Source of the DNA: Actinomycetota bacterium
GTDB lineage: Bacteria; Actinomycetota; Thermoleophilia; Gaiellales; F1-60-MAGs149
Reading direction: 5' to 3'
Assembly: GCA_016870485.1 (NCBI GenBank)
Contig: VGBM01000001.1
Coordinates: forward strand, 293,068-357,067
DNA: 64,000 bases
This document shows positions 21,117 through 31,276 of this stretch, piece after piece (positions within the stretch are counted from its first letter, which is position 1; every line of letters begins with the position of its first letter). Below the pieces are notes generated by a model. The model had not been told where the DNA came from. It saw only the letters and a list, made by a program, of their open reading frames with translations, and did no database searches. The translations under genes and the position numbers were made by a program.

Positions 21117-22895
21117 TCAGGCCTCCACCAAGCGGTTGCGGACGGGGCCGACGCAGGCGCCGCAGTCGCTGCAGCCATCCCATCGGCAGTCCCCCGTCAG
21201 CCGCTCGGCGCGACTCTGGTACCACTCGTCCAGCAGGAACTCCTTGCTCACGCCGCTGCGCACGTGGTCCCACGGCAGCGGGTCGAGGGGGCCGCGCTCG
21301 CGCGTCGCCTCCACCTCGAGGTCGCGGCCGGCGGCGCCGAAGGCGGCGCGCCAGACGTCCTCGCGGTGGTGCTCCGTCCAGGCGTCGAAGCGCGCTCCCG
21401 CGCGCCACGCCGCCTCGAGCACGTCCCCGGTGATCGCATCCCCACGACCGATCGCGGCCTCGAGCAGCGAGGTGCGGACGTCGTGGAGCGACAACTTCAG
21501 CTGGCGGCCCCTGAGCGCGCGCCGCAGGTAGTCCTGCTTGACGCGCAGCTGGTCGGGCGGCGCCATGCCGTCCCACTGGAACGGCGTGTGCGGCTTGGGC
21601 ACGAAGTTGGAGACCGAGACGTGGACGGTGAAGCGCCCGCCCTCGCCGTGGTGCCGGCGTCCGATCTCCCGCGCCCGGTAGCCGAGGTCGGCGATCCCCT
21701 GGACCTCCTCGAAGGTCTCGAGGGGGAGGCCGATCATGAAGTACAGCTTCAGGCTCGTGTAGCCCGCCGCGAAGGCGGCGTCGATCGCCCGCTCGATCAT
21801 CTCGTCGGTGATCGTCTTGCAGATGATGTCGCGCATCCGCTGGGTCGCCGCCTCCGGCGCCAGCGTGATCGAGCGCTGCCGGCCGTTGGCGGCCGCCGAC
21901 AGGGCGACCGGGCCCGTGTCGACCCGGTTCGAGGGAAGCGACAGGTGCAGGTCCGGCTTGGCGGCCTTGATCTCGCGGATCGCACGCTCCACGCCCGAGT
22001 AGTCACTCGTGGCGAGGCTGGTCAGCGACAGCTCGTCGTAGCCGGTGCAGCCGAGCTGCTCGAGGCCGGCCCGCACGACGTCCTCGACGGGCCGCTCGCG
22101 CACGGGCCGGTACCAGGTGCCCGCGTGGCAGAAGCGGCAGCCGCGCGTGCAGCCCCGCATCACCTCGACCGAGGCCCGCGAGAAGATCGCGCTCGCGTAG
22201 GGCACGACCGGGTGAGTCGGGGCGGTGTCGATCGCGAAGTCGGTGAAGATCGCCCGCTCGACGGGCAGGTCGCCCTGGGCGGGCAGGTACAGGTAGGGCA
22301 GCTCGCCGAGCCGGCGCAGCCGCTCCGCCCGGTCGGGGATGGCCTCGAGGATGGCCACGATCCGGTCGAGCCCCTCCTCGGCCTCGCCCATGTAGAACGC
22401 CTCGACGAAGCGGGCGAGGGGCATCGGGTTCGAGGCGCTCGGGCCGCCCGCGAGCACGATCGGGTCGCCCGGGCCGCGGTCCGCCGCGTGCAGCGGGATG
22501 CCCGCCAGGTCGATCAGCTCGAGCACGTTCGAGTAGGTCAGCTCGGCCTGCAGGGTGATGCCCAGGAGGTCGCAGTCGGCGACGGGCCGCCACGTCTCCA
22601 GCGTGAACAGCGGTACCCCCGTACGCCGCATCGCGTCGGCCATGTCGGGCCACGGGCAGTAGACGCGCTCGGCGGCCGCCGGGGTACGGTCGTTGACGAG
22701 CCCATAGAGGATCTGGAGGGCCTGGTTCGAGATGCCCACCTCGTACGCGTCGGGGTAGGCGAGGGCAACCCGGACGGCCGCGTCGGGCTTGACCGTCTCG
22801 TTCGTCTCGCCGCCGATGTAGCGGGACGGCTTCTCGACGTAGCCCAGCAGATCCTCGATCCGCTCTTGGAGGTCGTGCTGCTCCACGCAGGGCAT
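21117..22895 (-). CDS. B12-binding radical SAM protein (TIGR03960 family)
   Basis: VEKPSRYIGGE, PDAYEVGISN, CTRGCRFC (CxxxCxxC), FVPKPHTPFQW. Confidence 0.93.
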   Translation of the reverse strand: MPCVEQHDLQERIEDLLGYVEKPSRYIGGETNETVKPDAAVRVALAYPDAYEVGISNQALQILYGLVNDRTPAAAERVYCPWPDMADAMRRTGVPLFTLETWRPVADCDLLGITLQAELTYSNVLELIDLAGIPLHAADRGPGDPIVLAGGPSASNPMPLARFVEAFYMGEAEEGLDRIVAILEAIPDRAERLRRLGELPYLYLPAQGDLPVERAIFTDFAIDTAPTHPVVPYASAIFSRASVEVMRGCTRGCRFCHAGTWYRPVRERPVEDVVRAGLEQLGCTGYDELSLTSLATSDYSGVERAIREIKAAKPDLHLSLPSNRVDTGPVALSAAANGRQRSITLAPEAATQRMRDIICKTITDEMIERAIDAAFAAGYTSLKLYFMIGLPLETFEEVQGIADLGYRAREIGRRHHGEGGRFTVHVSVSNFVPKPHTPFQWDGMAPPDQLRVKQDYLRRALRGRQLKLSLHDVRTSLLEAAIGRGDAITGDVLEAAWRAGARFDAWTEHHREDVWRAAFGAAGRDLEVEATRERGPLDPLPWDHVRSGVSKEFLLDEWYQSRAERLTGDCRWDGCSDCGACVGPVRNRLVEA

Positions 22896-22921
22896 TCTAC
22901 CCGGGGCCGGCGTCTGACCGG

Positions 22922-24115
22922 TCAGGCCGTCTCGGGCGGCGCGTCGGACGGGTCGCCGCGGCGCACGCCGCGACGCCCGCTCCAGCCCGGCTCAAGGGCG
23001 TCACGCGGCAGGGCTCGGGCGCCGACGGCGAGGGCCAGCCCCATCGCCACGAGGTTCGTGATCGTGTTCGACCCGCCGTACGTCATGAAGGGCAGCGGGA
23101 TGCCGGTGGTGGGCGCGATGCCGAGCACCATCCCGACGTTGATCGCCACCTGCGTCAGGAGCATCCCGAACACGCCGGCGGCGATGAACGACTCCTCGAG
23201 GGTGCGGGCGCGGGGCACCATCCGCCCGATCCGCCACAGGCAGAACAGGTACAGGAGCAGCGCAATCGCGGCGCCCGCGAAGCCGCGGTCCTCCCCCACC
23301 ACCGCGAACACGAAGTCCGAGTGGTGCTCGGGCAAAAACGAGCCGGCGGTCTGGCTGACGCCCTCGCCGCGCCCGGTCAGGCCGCCAGAGCCGATCGCGA
23401 TCTTGGCCTGCTGCGACTGGTACGCGGCGGGGCTGCCGCCCTCGGGGTCGAGGAAGGCGACGATCCGCTCGGACTGGTACGGGCGCAGGAGCGGCAGGCC
23501 GATCGACGGCAGGATGCCGAGCACCACCACCACCAAGCCGACGCCGATCCCGCCGAGCACGGCGACGATCCGCCCGGGCAGGCCCGCGACCACCAGCAGG
23601 GTCAGCGCGATCGCGATGTACACGATCGAGGTGCCGAGGTCCGGCTGGATGAAGACCAGCGCGAACGGCGGCAGTATCACAAGGACGACGCGCAGCACCA
23701 TCCCCCAGCCGCGGATGCCGCGCCGGACGCAGTCGGCGAGGATCACCGACACGCAGACGATCATCGCGACCTTGCCGATCTCCGACGGCTGCAGCGTGAA
23801 GAAGGGCAGCGGGATCCAGCGCTGCGAGCCACGCACCGCGGAGAAGCCGAGCACGACGATCAGGAGGCCGATCGTGCCGCCGTAGACGAACCAGAACACG
23901 CGCCGGTAGACGCGCGGATCGACGAGCACCGCGACGGCGGCGAGCGCCAGGCCGAGCGCGATGTAGATGATGTGGCGGCGGACGAAGTAGCCCGGGTCGC
24001 CGAGGAAGTCGGACTGGGTGACGGAGCGCACGGCCTGCTCGCCGATCACGAGCAGGAGCCCGATGGCGGCCACGAGCAGCCAGTCGACGCGGCGCAGGAT
24101 CTCGCGGCTCACCAT
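22922..24115 (-). CDS. rodA: Rod shape-determining protein RodA (SEDS)
   Basis: GSQRWI, QPSEIGK, QPDLGT, PEHHSDF, GIPLPFMTYGGS. Confidence 0.95.
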   Translation of the reverse strand: MVSREILRRVDWLLVAAIGLLLVIGEQAVRSVTQSDFLGDPGYFVRRHIIYIALGLALAAVAVLVDPRVYRRVFWFVYGGTIGLLIVVLGFSAVRGSQRWIPLPFFTLQPSEIGKVAMIVCVSVILADCVRRGIRGWGMVLRVVLVILPPFALVFIQPDLGTSIVYIAIALTLLVVAGLPGRIVAVLGGIGVGLVVVVLGILPSIGLPLLRPYQSERIVAFLDPEGGSPAAYQSQQAKIAIGSGGLTGRGEGVSQTAGSFLPEHHSDFVFAVVGEDRGFAGAAIALLLYLFCLWRIGRMVPRARTLEESFIAAGVFGMLLTQVAINVGMVLGIAPTTGIPLPFMTYGGSNTITNLVAMGLALAVGARALPRDALEPGWSGRRGVRRGDPSDAPPETA

Positions 24116-26352
24116 CAGTCGGTCCGCTGCGCCTCGCGGGCGGGGTCGCGGCCGAGCGCGGGACCGTCGTAGACGCCCGCCTCCTGGGCCTGCTGGATCT
24201 GCGCGATCGTCGCCTCGTCGACGCCGAACGCCCGCGCCATCACCTGGCGCACCGCCGGCGCGGCGGTCTCGCCGCCGAAGCCGCCCTGCTCGATCACGCA
24301 GACGACCACGAGCTCGGGGTTCGACGCGGGCGCGTAGCCCGCGAACCAGGCGAAGTCGCGCTTGCCCTTCTTCTCGGCGGTGCCCGTCTTACCGGCGACC
24401 GGGATCGGGAAGCCCGCGAAGGCCGCGTAGGCGGTGCCGTCGGGGTCCTGGACGGCACCCTCGAGCCCGCGGCGGATCGCCGCCAGCACGTAGGGGTCGA
24501 TCGGGACGCGCTCGCCGGGGGCCGCCTCGAAGGTCTCGCGGACGGTCCCGTCCTGGCCGACCACGCTCGCCCCGATGTACGGCGTGACGAGCGAGCCGCC
24601 GTTGGCGAGCAGGGCGTAGAGGCGCGCGATCTGGAGCGGGGTCACCTCGACGTCGCCCTGGCCGATCGACTGCAGGATCGCGTCGCCCGACGTCCAGCGG
24701 TTCTGGATCCGGTCGTCGCCGAAGCGGCGCCGCTTGTAGGCGGCGTCGGGCACGCGGCCCGGCGTGTCGCCGCCGATGTCGATGCCGGTGGGCTCGCCCA
24801 TGCCGAGGCGGCGCGCCCAGAGGGGCTGCGGCTCGAAGCCGCCGTTGCGCGGCGTCGCGCCGTAGAGGCGCTGGCCGAGCTCGTAGAAGTAGGTGTCGCA
24901 GGAGGTGGTCAGGGCCCGCACGAGGTCCATCGGCTCGTCGACGTCGGACTCAAAGTTGCGGTAGCGCTGGCCGTCGACCTCGACGTACGGGCTGCACTGC
25001 AGGATCGCGTTCGGCTGGGCCTGGCGCGCCGCCACGGCGGCGATCGCCGTGACCGGCTTCCACGTCGAGCCGGCCGGGTAGAGCCCGGCCAGCGCGCGGT
25101 CGAGGAGCGGCGAGCCCTTGCTGTCCGCGGCCAGCCGCCGCCAGTAGTCCTGGCCGTCGGGGCCGGCCAGCTGCGCCGGGTCGAAGCCCGGGTACGAGGC
25201 CATCGCGCGGATCGCGCCGGTGCGCGGGTCGATCGCGACGATCGCGCCGGCCTCCGCGGCGGGGTGCCCGGTGGCGCGCGCGTAGGCGATCGCGTCGCGC
25301 AGCGCCGACTCGGCGGCGGCCTGCACGCCGATGTCGATCGTCAGGCGCACGTTGTCGCCCGGCTTCGCGGCCTCGGAGCGCACGATCGGGCCGACGGGGT
25401 CGCCGAACGCGTTGACGCGGCGCTCGAGCGAGCCGTTCGTGCCGCGCAGGTAGCGGTCGAAGGCCCGCTCCACGCCGCGCTGCCCGACGACGTCGCCGGG
25501 CTCGGCGTCGCGGTAGGTGACCTGGTCCGTCATCTGGGCGGACGAGACCTCGGCGAGCTCGCCCCACAGGTGCGGGGCCATCGGCCGGCGCACGCCGTCA
25601 GCGCCGCGCACCGTGCGGTAGTCGCGCGCCGCGCCCTCCACGATGCGCAGGCCGGGGTACAGCGCGGCGCGCTCCTTGAGGAAGAAGAGGACCGCGCGGT
25701 TGACGTCCTCGGCGATCACGATCGAGTCGAACGGCGCCTTGCTCGCGGCCTCGTGGATCGCGTCCTCCATCGACGCCACGGTGATGCCCGCGTCGCGGGC
25801 CAGCTCGGCGAGCTGCGGGTGGTCGTCGGTGCAGCCGGCCCAGGCGCGCACCTCGGTGCCGCCCGAGAGCTGGCGGTCGATGACCGCGATCCGCGCGCGG
25901 CGGCGCTCAGGGCCGAGCGCGTTCGCGGCCGTTACGGCAGCGGAGATCCGGAGCGCGCGCAGGTCGTCGTCGCGCAGGTCCGGCGGGCCGGCGACGTCGC
26001 GGCCGCAGGCGACGAGCAGATCCGGGAAGCGCGTCGGGTCGATCGCCACCGCGTTCGCCGGGCGGCTGCCGACCAGCACCTTGCCCTGCGCGTCGAGGAT
26101 CTGGCCGCGCGGCGCGGGCACGCTGATCGAGCGCAGGCCGTTGGAGACGGCCTGCGCGCGGTAGCGCTGCACGTCGAGGACCTGCAGGGACCACAGCCGC
26201 AGGACGAGGATCGCGACGAGGCCGATCGCCACCGCCCCGAGAATCGCCATCCGCCGCGCGATGCGGTCGCGGTCGAAGCCGTCGCCGGGCGGCCGCGGCG
26301 GGGGCGGCGGCTCGTACTCGCGGGTCGGCTCCCCCATCACAGGCGTGCTCAC
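24115..26352 (-). CDS. mrdA: Penicillin-binding protein 2 (class B)
   Basis: APRGQILD, GSTWK (SxxK), SCD (SxD), KTGT; located between mreD and rodA. Confidence 0.93.
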   Translation of the reverse strand: MSTPVMGEPTREYEPPPPPRPPGDGFDRDRIARRMAILGAVAIGLVAILVLRLWSLQVLDVQRYRAQAVSNGLRSISVPAPRGQILDAQGKVLVGSRPANAVAIDPTRFPDLLVACGRDVAGPPDLRDDDLRALRISAAVTAANALGPERRRARIAVIDRQLSGGTEVRAWAGCTDDHPQLAELARDAGITVASMEDAIHEAASKAPFDSIVIAEDVNRAVLFFLKERAALYPGLRIVEGAARDYRTVRGADGVRRPMAPHLWGELAEVSSAQMTDQVTYRDAEPGDVVGQRGVERAFDRYLRGTNGSLERRVNAFGDPVGPIVRSEAAKPGDNVRLTIDIGVQAAAESALRDAIAYARATGHPAAEAGAIVAIDPRTGAIRAMASYPGFDPAQLAGPDGQDYWRRLAADSKGSPLLDRALAGLYPAGSTWKPVTAIAAVAARQAQPNAILQCSPYVEVDGQRYRNFESDVDEPMDLVRALTTSCDTYFYELGQRLYGATPRNGGFEPQPLWARRLGMGEPTGIDIGGDTPGRVPDAAYKRRRFGDDRIQNRWTSGDAILQSIGQGDVEVTPLQIARLYALLANGGSLVTPYIGASVVGQDGTVRETFEAAPGERVPIDPYVLAAIRRGLEGAVQDPDGTAYAAFAGFPIPVAGKTGTAEKKGKRDFAWFAGYAPASNPELVVVCVIEQGGFGGETAAPAVRQVMARAFGVDEATIAQIQQAQEAGVYDGPALGRDPAREAQRTD

Positions 26353-26957
26353 AGGACGCTCCGCTCCGGGACGCCGAGGGCCCGCCGCATGAGCGGCAGG
26401 AGCGCGATCGCCACGAGGACCGTGAACATCGTCGCGGCGACGGCCGACACCGCGAGGTCAGCCCACGCGATCGGCTGCCCCTGCACCGCGGCCTCGACGG
26501 CCGGGTCGCCGAGCGCGTGCGCGAGGGCCGCGGCCCCCGTCACGATCACCGCCATCCCGAGCGACACCCGCCGGCGGCTACGCCCGAAGGCGCCGACGGC
26601 CCAGCCGATCGGGGTCAGGACGAGCGACGAGGAGCCGAGCGGCAGCTGCAGCGCCGCGTCGAAGACGAGCCCGGCGGCGAACCCGGCCGCGGCGCCCCAG
26701 GCCGGCCCGTAGCGCAGCGCGATGGCGACGATCACGATCACCGCGAGGTCGGCGACGGCCCCGAGCACGCGTCCGTCGATCGCGAGGGCGACCTGCAGGT
26801 AGACGGCGACGAGGAGCGCGAGCGCGGCGACGAGCGGCGGCAGGGCCCGCGCGCCGCGGCCGCGCCCGGGGACCGGCGCCGCCTCCGCGAGCTGTGACTC
26901 CAGCTCGGTCAGGGGGTCGGCGGGGTCGAGCGGCCCGACGGCGTCGGGCGCGCTCAC
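26349..26957 (-). CDS. mreD: Rod shape-determining protein MreD
   Basis: Hydrophobic C-terminal part of ORF 26349..27914 from GTG 26957 (GAAAGFAAGLVFD); overlaps the mreC stop. Confidence 0.8.
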   Translation of the reverse strand: MSAPDAVGPLDPADPLTELESQLAEAAPVPGRGRGARALPPLVAALALLVAVYLQVALAIDGRVLGAVADLAVIVIVAIALRYGPAWGAAAGFAAGLVFDAALQLPLGSSSLVLTPIGWAVGAFGRSRRRVSLGMAVIVTGAAALAHALGDPAVEAAVQGQPIAWADLAVSAVAATMFTVLVAIALLPLMRRALGVPERSVL

Positions 26958-27856
26958 GGCGCCGCCCCCGCGCGGGTCAGGACGACGACGTTCGCGAACG
27001 AGCCGAGCTCGACCCACGGCACGACGAGGACGCTCTTGTAGGTGTCGGTGTCGGATTGGCGCGCCTCCGAGACGACGCCGATCGGCAGGCCGCGCGGGTA
27101 GGCCGATCCGAGGCCCGAGGTCGGGTCGATGAAGCCGCTCGTGACGACGCGGTCGCCCTGGCGCACCACGCTCGAGCGCGGCACGAACCCGAGCACGAGC
27201 ACGCCCGGGTCGGCGGCGCTCGGCTGCAGGATGCCGTCGGCGCCGCGGCGGCCCGCGACGGCCGCCCCGACCGCCACGGTGGCGTTCGAGAGCAGCGCCA
27301 CGGTCGCGGTGCGCTCGGTGACCGCCTCGACGCGACCCACGAGCGCCGCGCCACCGACGTCGGCCGCCTCCGAGACCCCGGCGAGGACCGGGTCGCCGAC
27401 CTGCACCCCGACCGCGGAGCCGGCGTCGACGACCACGGTGCTCGAGGTCAGCGACGGCGAGCGGGCGACGATCCGCGCGGCGCGGGGCGCGTAGTCCTCG
27501 ACGCGCGGGAAGTCCGGGGAGCGCACGTAGCCGAGCAGACCGCGCAGCTCCTCGGCGTCCTGGCCGCGCGCCTCGAGGCGCGCGAGGTCGGCACGCAGGA
27601 CGGCGTTCTCGGCGGCGAGGCGGTCGCGCTCGACGCGCGCCACGCGCAGGTCGCCGAACCAGCCGACCAGGTCGCGCACCGGCTGGGTGACGCGGCGGGC
27701 CGCCTCCTGGGCCGCGACCTGGGCGTCGGCGGCGCGCGCCGTGCCCTCGCCCACGCGGTCCTGGGCGCGGATCGACACCGTCACCAGGGCGACGGCGACA
27801 AGGACGAGCACGACCGGGACGATCCGGCGGGCGTGACGGGTGCGGGTGGAGGGCAT
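26954..27856 (-). CDS. mreC: Rod shape-determining protein MreC
   Basis: TM anchor, coiled coil (LAAENAVLR), VVVDAGS, GDRVVTSG, YPRGLPIGVV. Confidence 0.92.
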   Translation of the reverse strand: MPSTRTRHARRIVPVVLVLVAVALVTVSIRAQDRVGEGTARAADAQVAAQEAARRVTQPVRDLVGWFGDLRVARVERDRLAAENAVLRADLARLEARGQDAEELRGLLGYVRSPDFPRVEDYAPRAARIVARSPSLTSSTVVVDAGSAVGVQVGDPVLAGVSEAADVGGAALVGRVEAVTERTATVALLSNATVAVGAAVAGRRGADGILQPSAADPGVLVLGFVPRSSVVRQGDRVVTSGFIDPTSGLGSAYPRGLPIGVVSEARQSDTDTYKSVLVVPWVELGSFANVVVLTRAGAAP

Positions 27857-27968
27857 CCGGGGTCGAGGGGTCGGGGGCGGGCGGGAAACCCGCCCCGGCG
27901 GGATGCGAGCACACGCATTCTAACCGTCGGGCCGTGCGCGGACGGTGGTGCGGCTTCCCGCGCCGGCG

Positions 27969-28295
27969 TCAGGCCACGTGGCCCGAGCACGGCCGACCGG
28001 CCGCGACCCAGGCCTGCATGCCGCCCGCGAGGTTGACGCAGCCGGCCCGCCCCGCCGCGGCGAAAGCCTCCGCCGCGGCCAGCGAGCGACCGCCCGAGCG
28101 GCAGACGAACACCGTCCGGTCGGCGCCGGGGACCTCCTGCCAGGTGGCCGCCAGGGTCGACAGCGGGAAGTGCAGGGCGCCCGCCACGTGGCCGGCGTCC
28201 CACTCGTCCTGCTCGCGCACATCGACGAGGATGGCGCCGGCCGCGACCAACGCGGCGGCCTCGTCGGGGGCGATCTCCTCCACCTCGGGCTCCAC
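27969..28295 (-). CDS. Rhodanese-like domain protein
   Basis: From GTG 28295: LVDVREQDEWDAGHVAGA, VCRSGGRS, NLAGGMQAW. Confidence 0.92.
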   Translation of the reverse strand: MEPEVEEIAPDEAAALVAAGAILVDVREQDEWDAGHVAGALHFPLSTLAATWQEVPGADRTVFVCRSGGRSLAAAEAFAAAGRAGCVNLAGGMQAWVAAGRPCSGHVA

Positions 28296-28305
28296 GCGGC
28301 GCAGC

Positions 28306-29694
28306 CTAGCCGCTCGCGCGCGTTTCGCGCGCGAAGGCGATCGCGTCCGCCTCGCTGGCGATCGCGCCCGCGGCCTGCTCCTCCGCGATCCGCGCGAGCA
28401 GCTCGCCGAGCTCCGGCCCCGGCGCGACGCCGAGCGCCTCCGCCAGGCGGTCGCCGCGCACGAGCGGCGCCGGGAGCGGCGCGGCAAGGGCGAGCGCCAT
28501 CCGCTCGGCGAGCTCGGTGTGGCGGCGGATCCAGCGCTGACGGGCGCGCGTGCCGCGCGTCGACCAGCGGTCGGCGAGCGACACCACGAGGCTCGCCGTG
28601 GCGTACGGGTCGGTGGCAACGCGGTAGCGGTGGACCGCACGCGCGTCGGGCTCGCTGGCCGAGACGAGGAAGCCGAGCCGCAGGTGCTCGCGCACGAGCA
28701 CGGCGACGCAGCGGCGCAGCGCCGTCGAGGCGCGCAGCCGCCCGAGGATCGCGTCGGCCACCTCCGCGCCGAGCTGCGCGTGGCCGGGGAAGCCGATGTG
28801 CCCGTCGTCGAAGACGGCGCGCGTCTGGGGCTTGGCCACGTCGTGCAGGAGCGCGGCCCAGAGCACCGCGAGCGCCACGTCGGACTCGGCGTCGAGGGGC
28901 TCGGCCAGCGCGGCGCGGACGGCCTCCGTCGCCGCCCCGAAGCCCCCGGCCGGGTGCTCGACGAGGTCCGCGGCCGCGTCGACGACCTGGAGCGTGTGGT
29001 CGAGGACGTCGAGGTGGTGGTAGCGGTTCTGCTCGACCGCGGCGAGCACCGCGACCTCCGGCAGGACCACGGCGAGCAGGCCGAGGTCGCCCATCAGGCG
29101 CAGGGCGTCGACGGGGTCGCGGCTGCGCAGCATCCGCTCGAGCTCCATCCGCTGCCGCTCCCCCGCCGCCCGGGCGGCGAGCGCGGCGTCGCGCCGGGCC
29201 AGGTCGGCGGTCCCCGCCTCGACCGCGAGGCCGAGCTCGGCGTGGAGGCGCACAAGCCGCAGCAGGCGCAGCGGGTCGTCGCGGAAGGCGCCGTCCGAGA
29301 CGGCACGCAGGACGCCCGCCTCGACGTCGGCCCGGCCGCCCGGCGCCTCCTCGACCCGCCCGTCGGCGAGCCGCAGCGCGATCGCGTTGACGGTCAGGTC
29401 GCGGCGCGCGAGGTCCGCGGCGACGCCGTCCGGGGCGCCGGTGACGTCGATCTCACGGCCGCGGTCGGCGACGCGCCAGGCGCCGTGGCGCTCCGAGAGC
29501 GGGAACACCGGCGCGTCGACCGCGCGGCCGACGCGGCGGGCGAGCGCCTCGGGGTCCCCCTCAGTGACGAGGTCCCAGTCGGCGAGCGGGCGTCCGAGCA
29601 GGGCGTCGCGGACGGCGCCGCCCACCAGCCACGCGCCAGGGTCGTCGACGACGCGGGCGACCTCGGCCCGCGCGGCCTCGAGCCGCGCGTCCAT
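28306..29694 (-). CDS. CCA-adding/poly(A) polymerase-family nucleotidyltransferase with HD domain
   Basis: From ATG 29694: LVGGAVRDALLG..DWD, DLARRDLTVNAIA, DDPLRLLR, HHLDVLDH, LLHDVAKP. Confidence 0.92.
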   Translation of the reverse strand: MDARLEAARAEVARVVDDPGAWLVGGAVRDALLGRPLADWDLVTEGDPEALARRVGRAVDAPVFPLSERHGAWRVADRGREIDVTGAPDGVAADLARRDLTVNAIALRLADGRVEEAPGGRADVEAGVLRAVSDGAFRDDPLRLLRLVRLHAELGLAVEAGTADLARRDAALAARAAGERQRMELERMLRSRDPVDALRLMGDLGLLAVVLPEVAVLAAVEQNRYHHLDVLDHTLQVVDAAADLVEHPAGGFGAATEAVRAALAEPLDAESDVALAVLWAALLHDVAKPQTRAVFDDGHIGFPGHAQLGAEVADAILGRLRASTALRRCVAVLVREHLRLGFLVSASEPDARAVHRYRVATDPYATASLVVSLADRWSTRGTRARQRWIRRHTELAERMALALAAPLPAPLVRGDRLAEALGVAPGPELGELLARIAEEQAAGAIASEADAIAFARETRASG

Positions 29695-30788
29695 CAGCGC
29701 GCCTCCCGGCGGGCCCGCGCCGGCGCCGTGCCGATCCCACAGGTGACCTCGTAGGCGATCGTGCCGAGTCGCTGCGCGTGCTCCTCCGCGCGGATCCGGT
29801 CGTCGCCCTGCGCGCCGATCAGGACGACCTCGTCCCCCTCGGAGACGCCGAGGTCGTCCGGCAGGAGCGCCGCCAGCTGATCCATCGAGACGGTCGCAGC
29901 GACGCGGCAGCGGCGGCCGCCGATCAGGACCTCCCCGTGCCCGCTCAGCCCGCGCCGGTAGCCGTCGGCGTAGCCGACGGGCACGAGCGCGACACGGCAC
30001 GGCGCCTCCGCGACGAAGCGCCGCCCGTAGCCGCAGGAGTCGCCCGCGGCGAGCGCGCGCACGCTCGCCACCGCGCTCGTCCAGCGCAGCGCCGGCACGA
30101 GGCCGCGGGCGGCGGGGTCGACGTGGAACGGGTCCATGCCGAGCACGGCGAGCCCGGGGCGCACCGCGTCCCAGACGAGGTCGGGCCGGCGCAGCGTCGC
30201 GGCCGAGTTGGCGAGGTGGCGCGGGCAGGCCGGGAACGCCGCCGCCAGACCCGCGAAGGCGGCCGCCTGGCGGTCTGCGAAGGCGCCGTCGTCCTCGTCG
30301 GCGGTCGCGAGGTGGCTCATCAGGCCGTGGAGGCGCTCGGGCCGTGGGCCCGCGGCCAGCTCCCGGCCCGCCACGAGGGCGAGCTCGGGCGGCAGGCCCC
30401 AGCGCCCCATCCCCGTCTCGACCTCGACGTGCACGTCGAGGTCGTGGCGGTCGCGGGCCCGCGCCCAGGCCGCGGGCGTCGAGACGACGGCGGCGCAGCC
30501 GAGCCGGACGGCCTCGTCCTCCTCGCCGGGCCGCAGCGGCAGCAGGGCGATCAGGGGTGCGCCGGGCAGGGCGTCGCGCAGGGCGCGCGCCTCGCCGAGC
30601 GTGGCCACGCAGAGGCGGGCCGCCCCGGCCTCCAGCGCAGCGCGGCCGACGTCGACGGCGCCGTGGCCGTAGGCGTCCGCCTTGACGACCGCCCACACCT
30701 CCGCCCCGCCCGCGGCGGCGCGCAGGCGGCGGACGTTCCCGGCGACGGCCGCCAGGTCGATCGCGACCAGGCTGCGCGGCGCGTGCAC
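29694..30788 (-). CDS. alr: Alanine racemase
   Basis: AVVKADAYGHG (PLP Lys), MSHLATAD, NSA, VRPG, GYADGY, SMDQ. Confidence 0.96.
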   Translation of the reverse strand: MHAPRSLVAIDLAAVAGNVRRLRAAAGGAEVWAVVKADAYGHGAVDVGRAALEAGAARLCVATLGEARALRDALPGAPLIALLPLRPGEEDEAVRLGCAAVVSTPAAWARARDRHDLDVHVEVETGMGRWGLPPELALVAGRELAAGPRPERLHGLMSHLATADEDDGAFADRQAAAFAGLAAAFPACPRHLANSAATLRRPDLVWDAVRPGLAVLGMDPFHVDPAARGLVPALRWTSAVASVRALAAGDSCGYGRRFVAEAPCRVALVPVGYADGYRRGLSGHGEVLIGGRRCRVAATVSMDQLAALLPDDLGVSEGDEVVLIGAQGDDRIRAEEHAQRLGTIAYEVTCGIGTAPARARREAR

Positions 30789-30790
30789 GG

Positions 30791-31276
30791 CTAGCCGGCG
30801 CCGCCGAACTCGAAGCGGTCCAGCGCGCGGATCACCCCGACCCGTGTCAGCATCCCCGCGTAGCGCCCGTCGTCACCGACCACGGGCAGCTGCGAGACAT
30901 CCTCGTGGGTCATCAGCTTGGCCGCCTCGTGCACCGTCGTGGCGGTGGTGGCGGTGTGCACCGCGGCCGTCATCAGGTCGGCCACGGCCACCGCGAAGGC
31001 CTTCTCGACGTGGCGCTCCCAGCTGCCGAGCGAGGCGACGCCCATCGCCCAGTCGACGAGGCCGTTGGAGTGCGGCATGTCCTCGTCGGCCTCGACCTCC
31101 TGGTAGAGCAGGTCGCCGCCGGTCACGATCCCGACCACGGCGCCGCCCGCGTCGACGACGGCGACACCGTCGAGGCCTCGCTCTGCGAGCAGGTGCACGA
31201 GGTCGCCGGTCGTGGTGTCCGCCATCACGGTCGGCGCGTCCTGGTCCATCACGTCGGAGACGGGGCGGTCGATCAC
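30791..31276 (-). CDS. Tandem CBS-domain protein
   Basis: From GTG 31276: VSDVMD, VAVVD..VVGIVT, VADLMT, LPVV..GMLTR. Confidence 0.85.
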   Translation of the reverse strand: MIDRPVSDVMDQDAPTVMADTTTGDLVHLLAERGLDGVAVVDAGGAVVGIVTGGDLLYQEVEADEDMPHSNGLVDWAMGVASLGSWERHVEKAFAVAVADLMTAAVHTATTATTVHEAAKLMTHEDVSQLPVVGDDGRYAGMLTRVGVIRALDRFEFGGAG

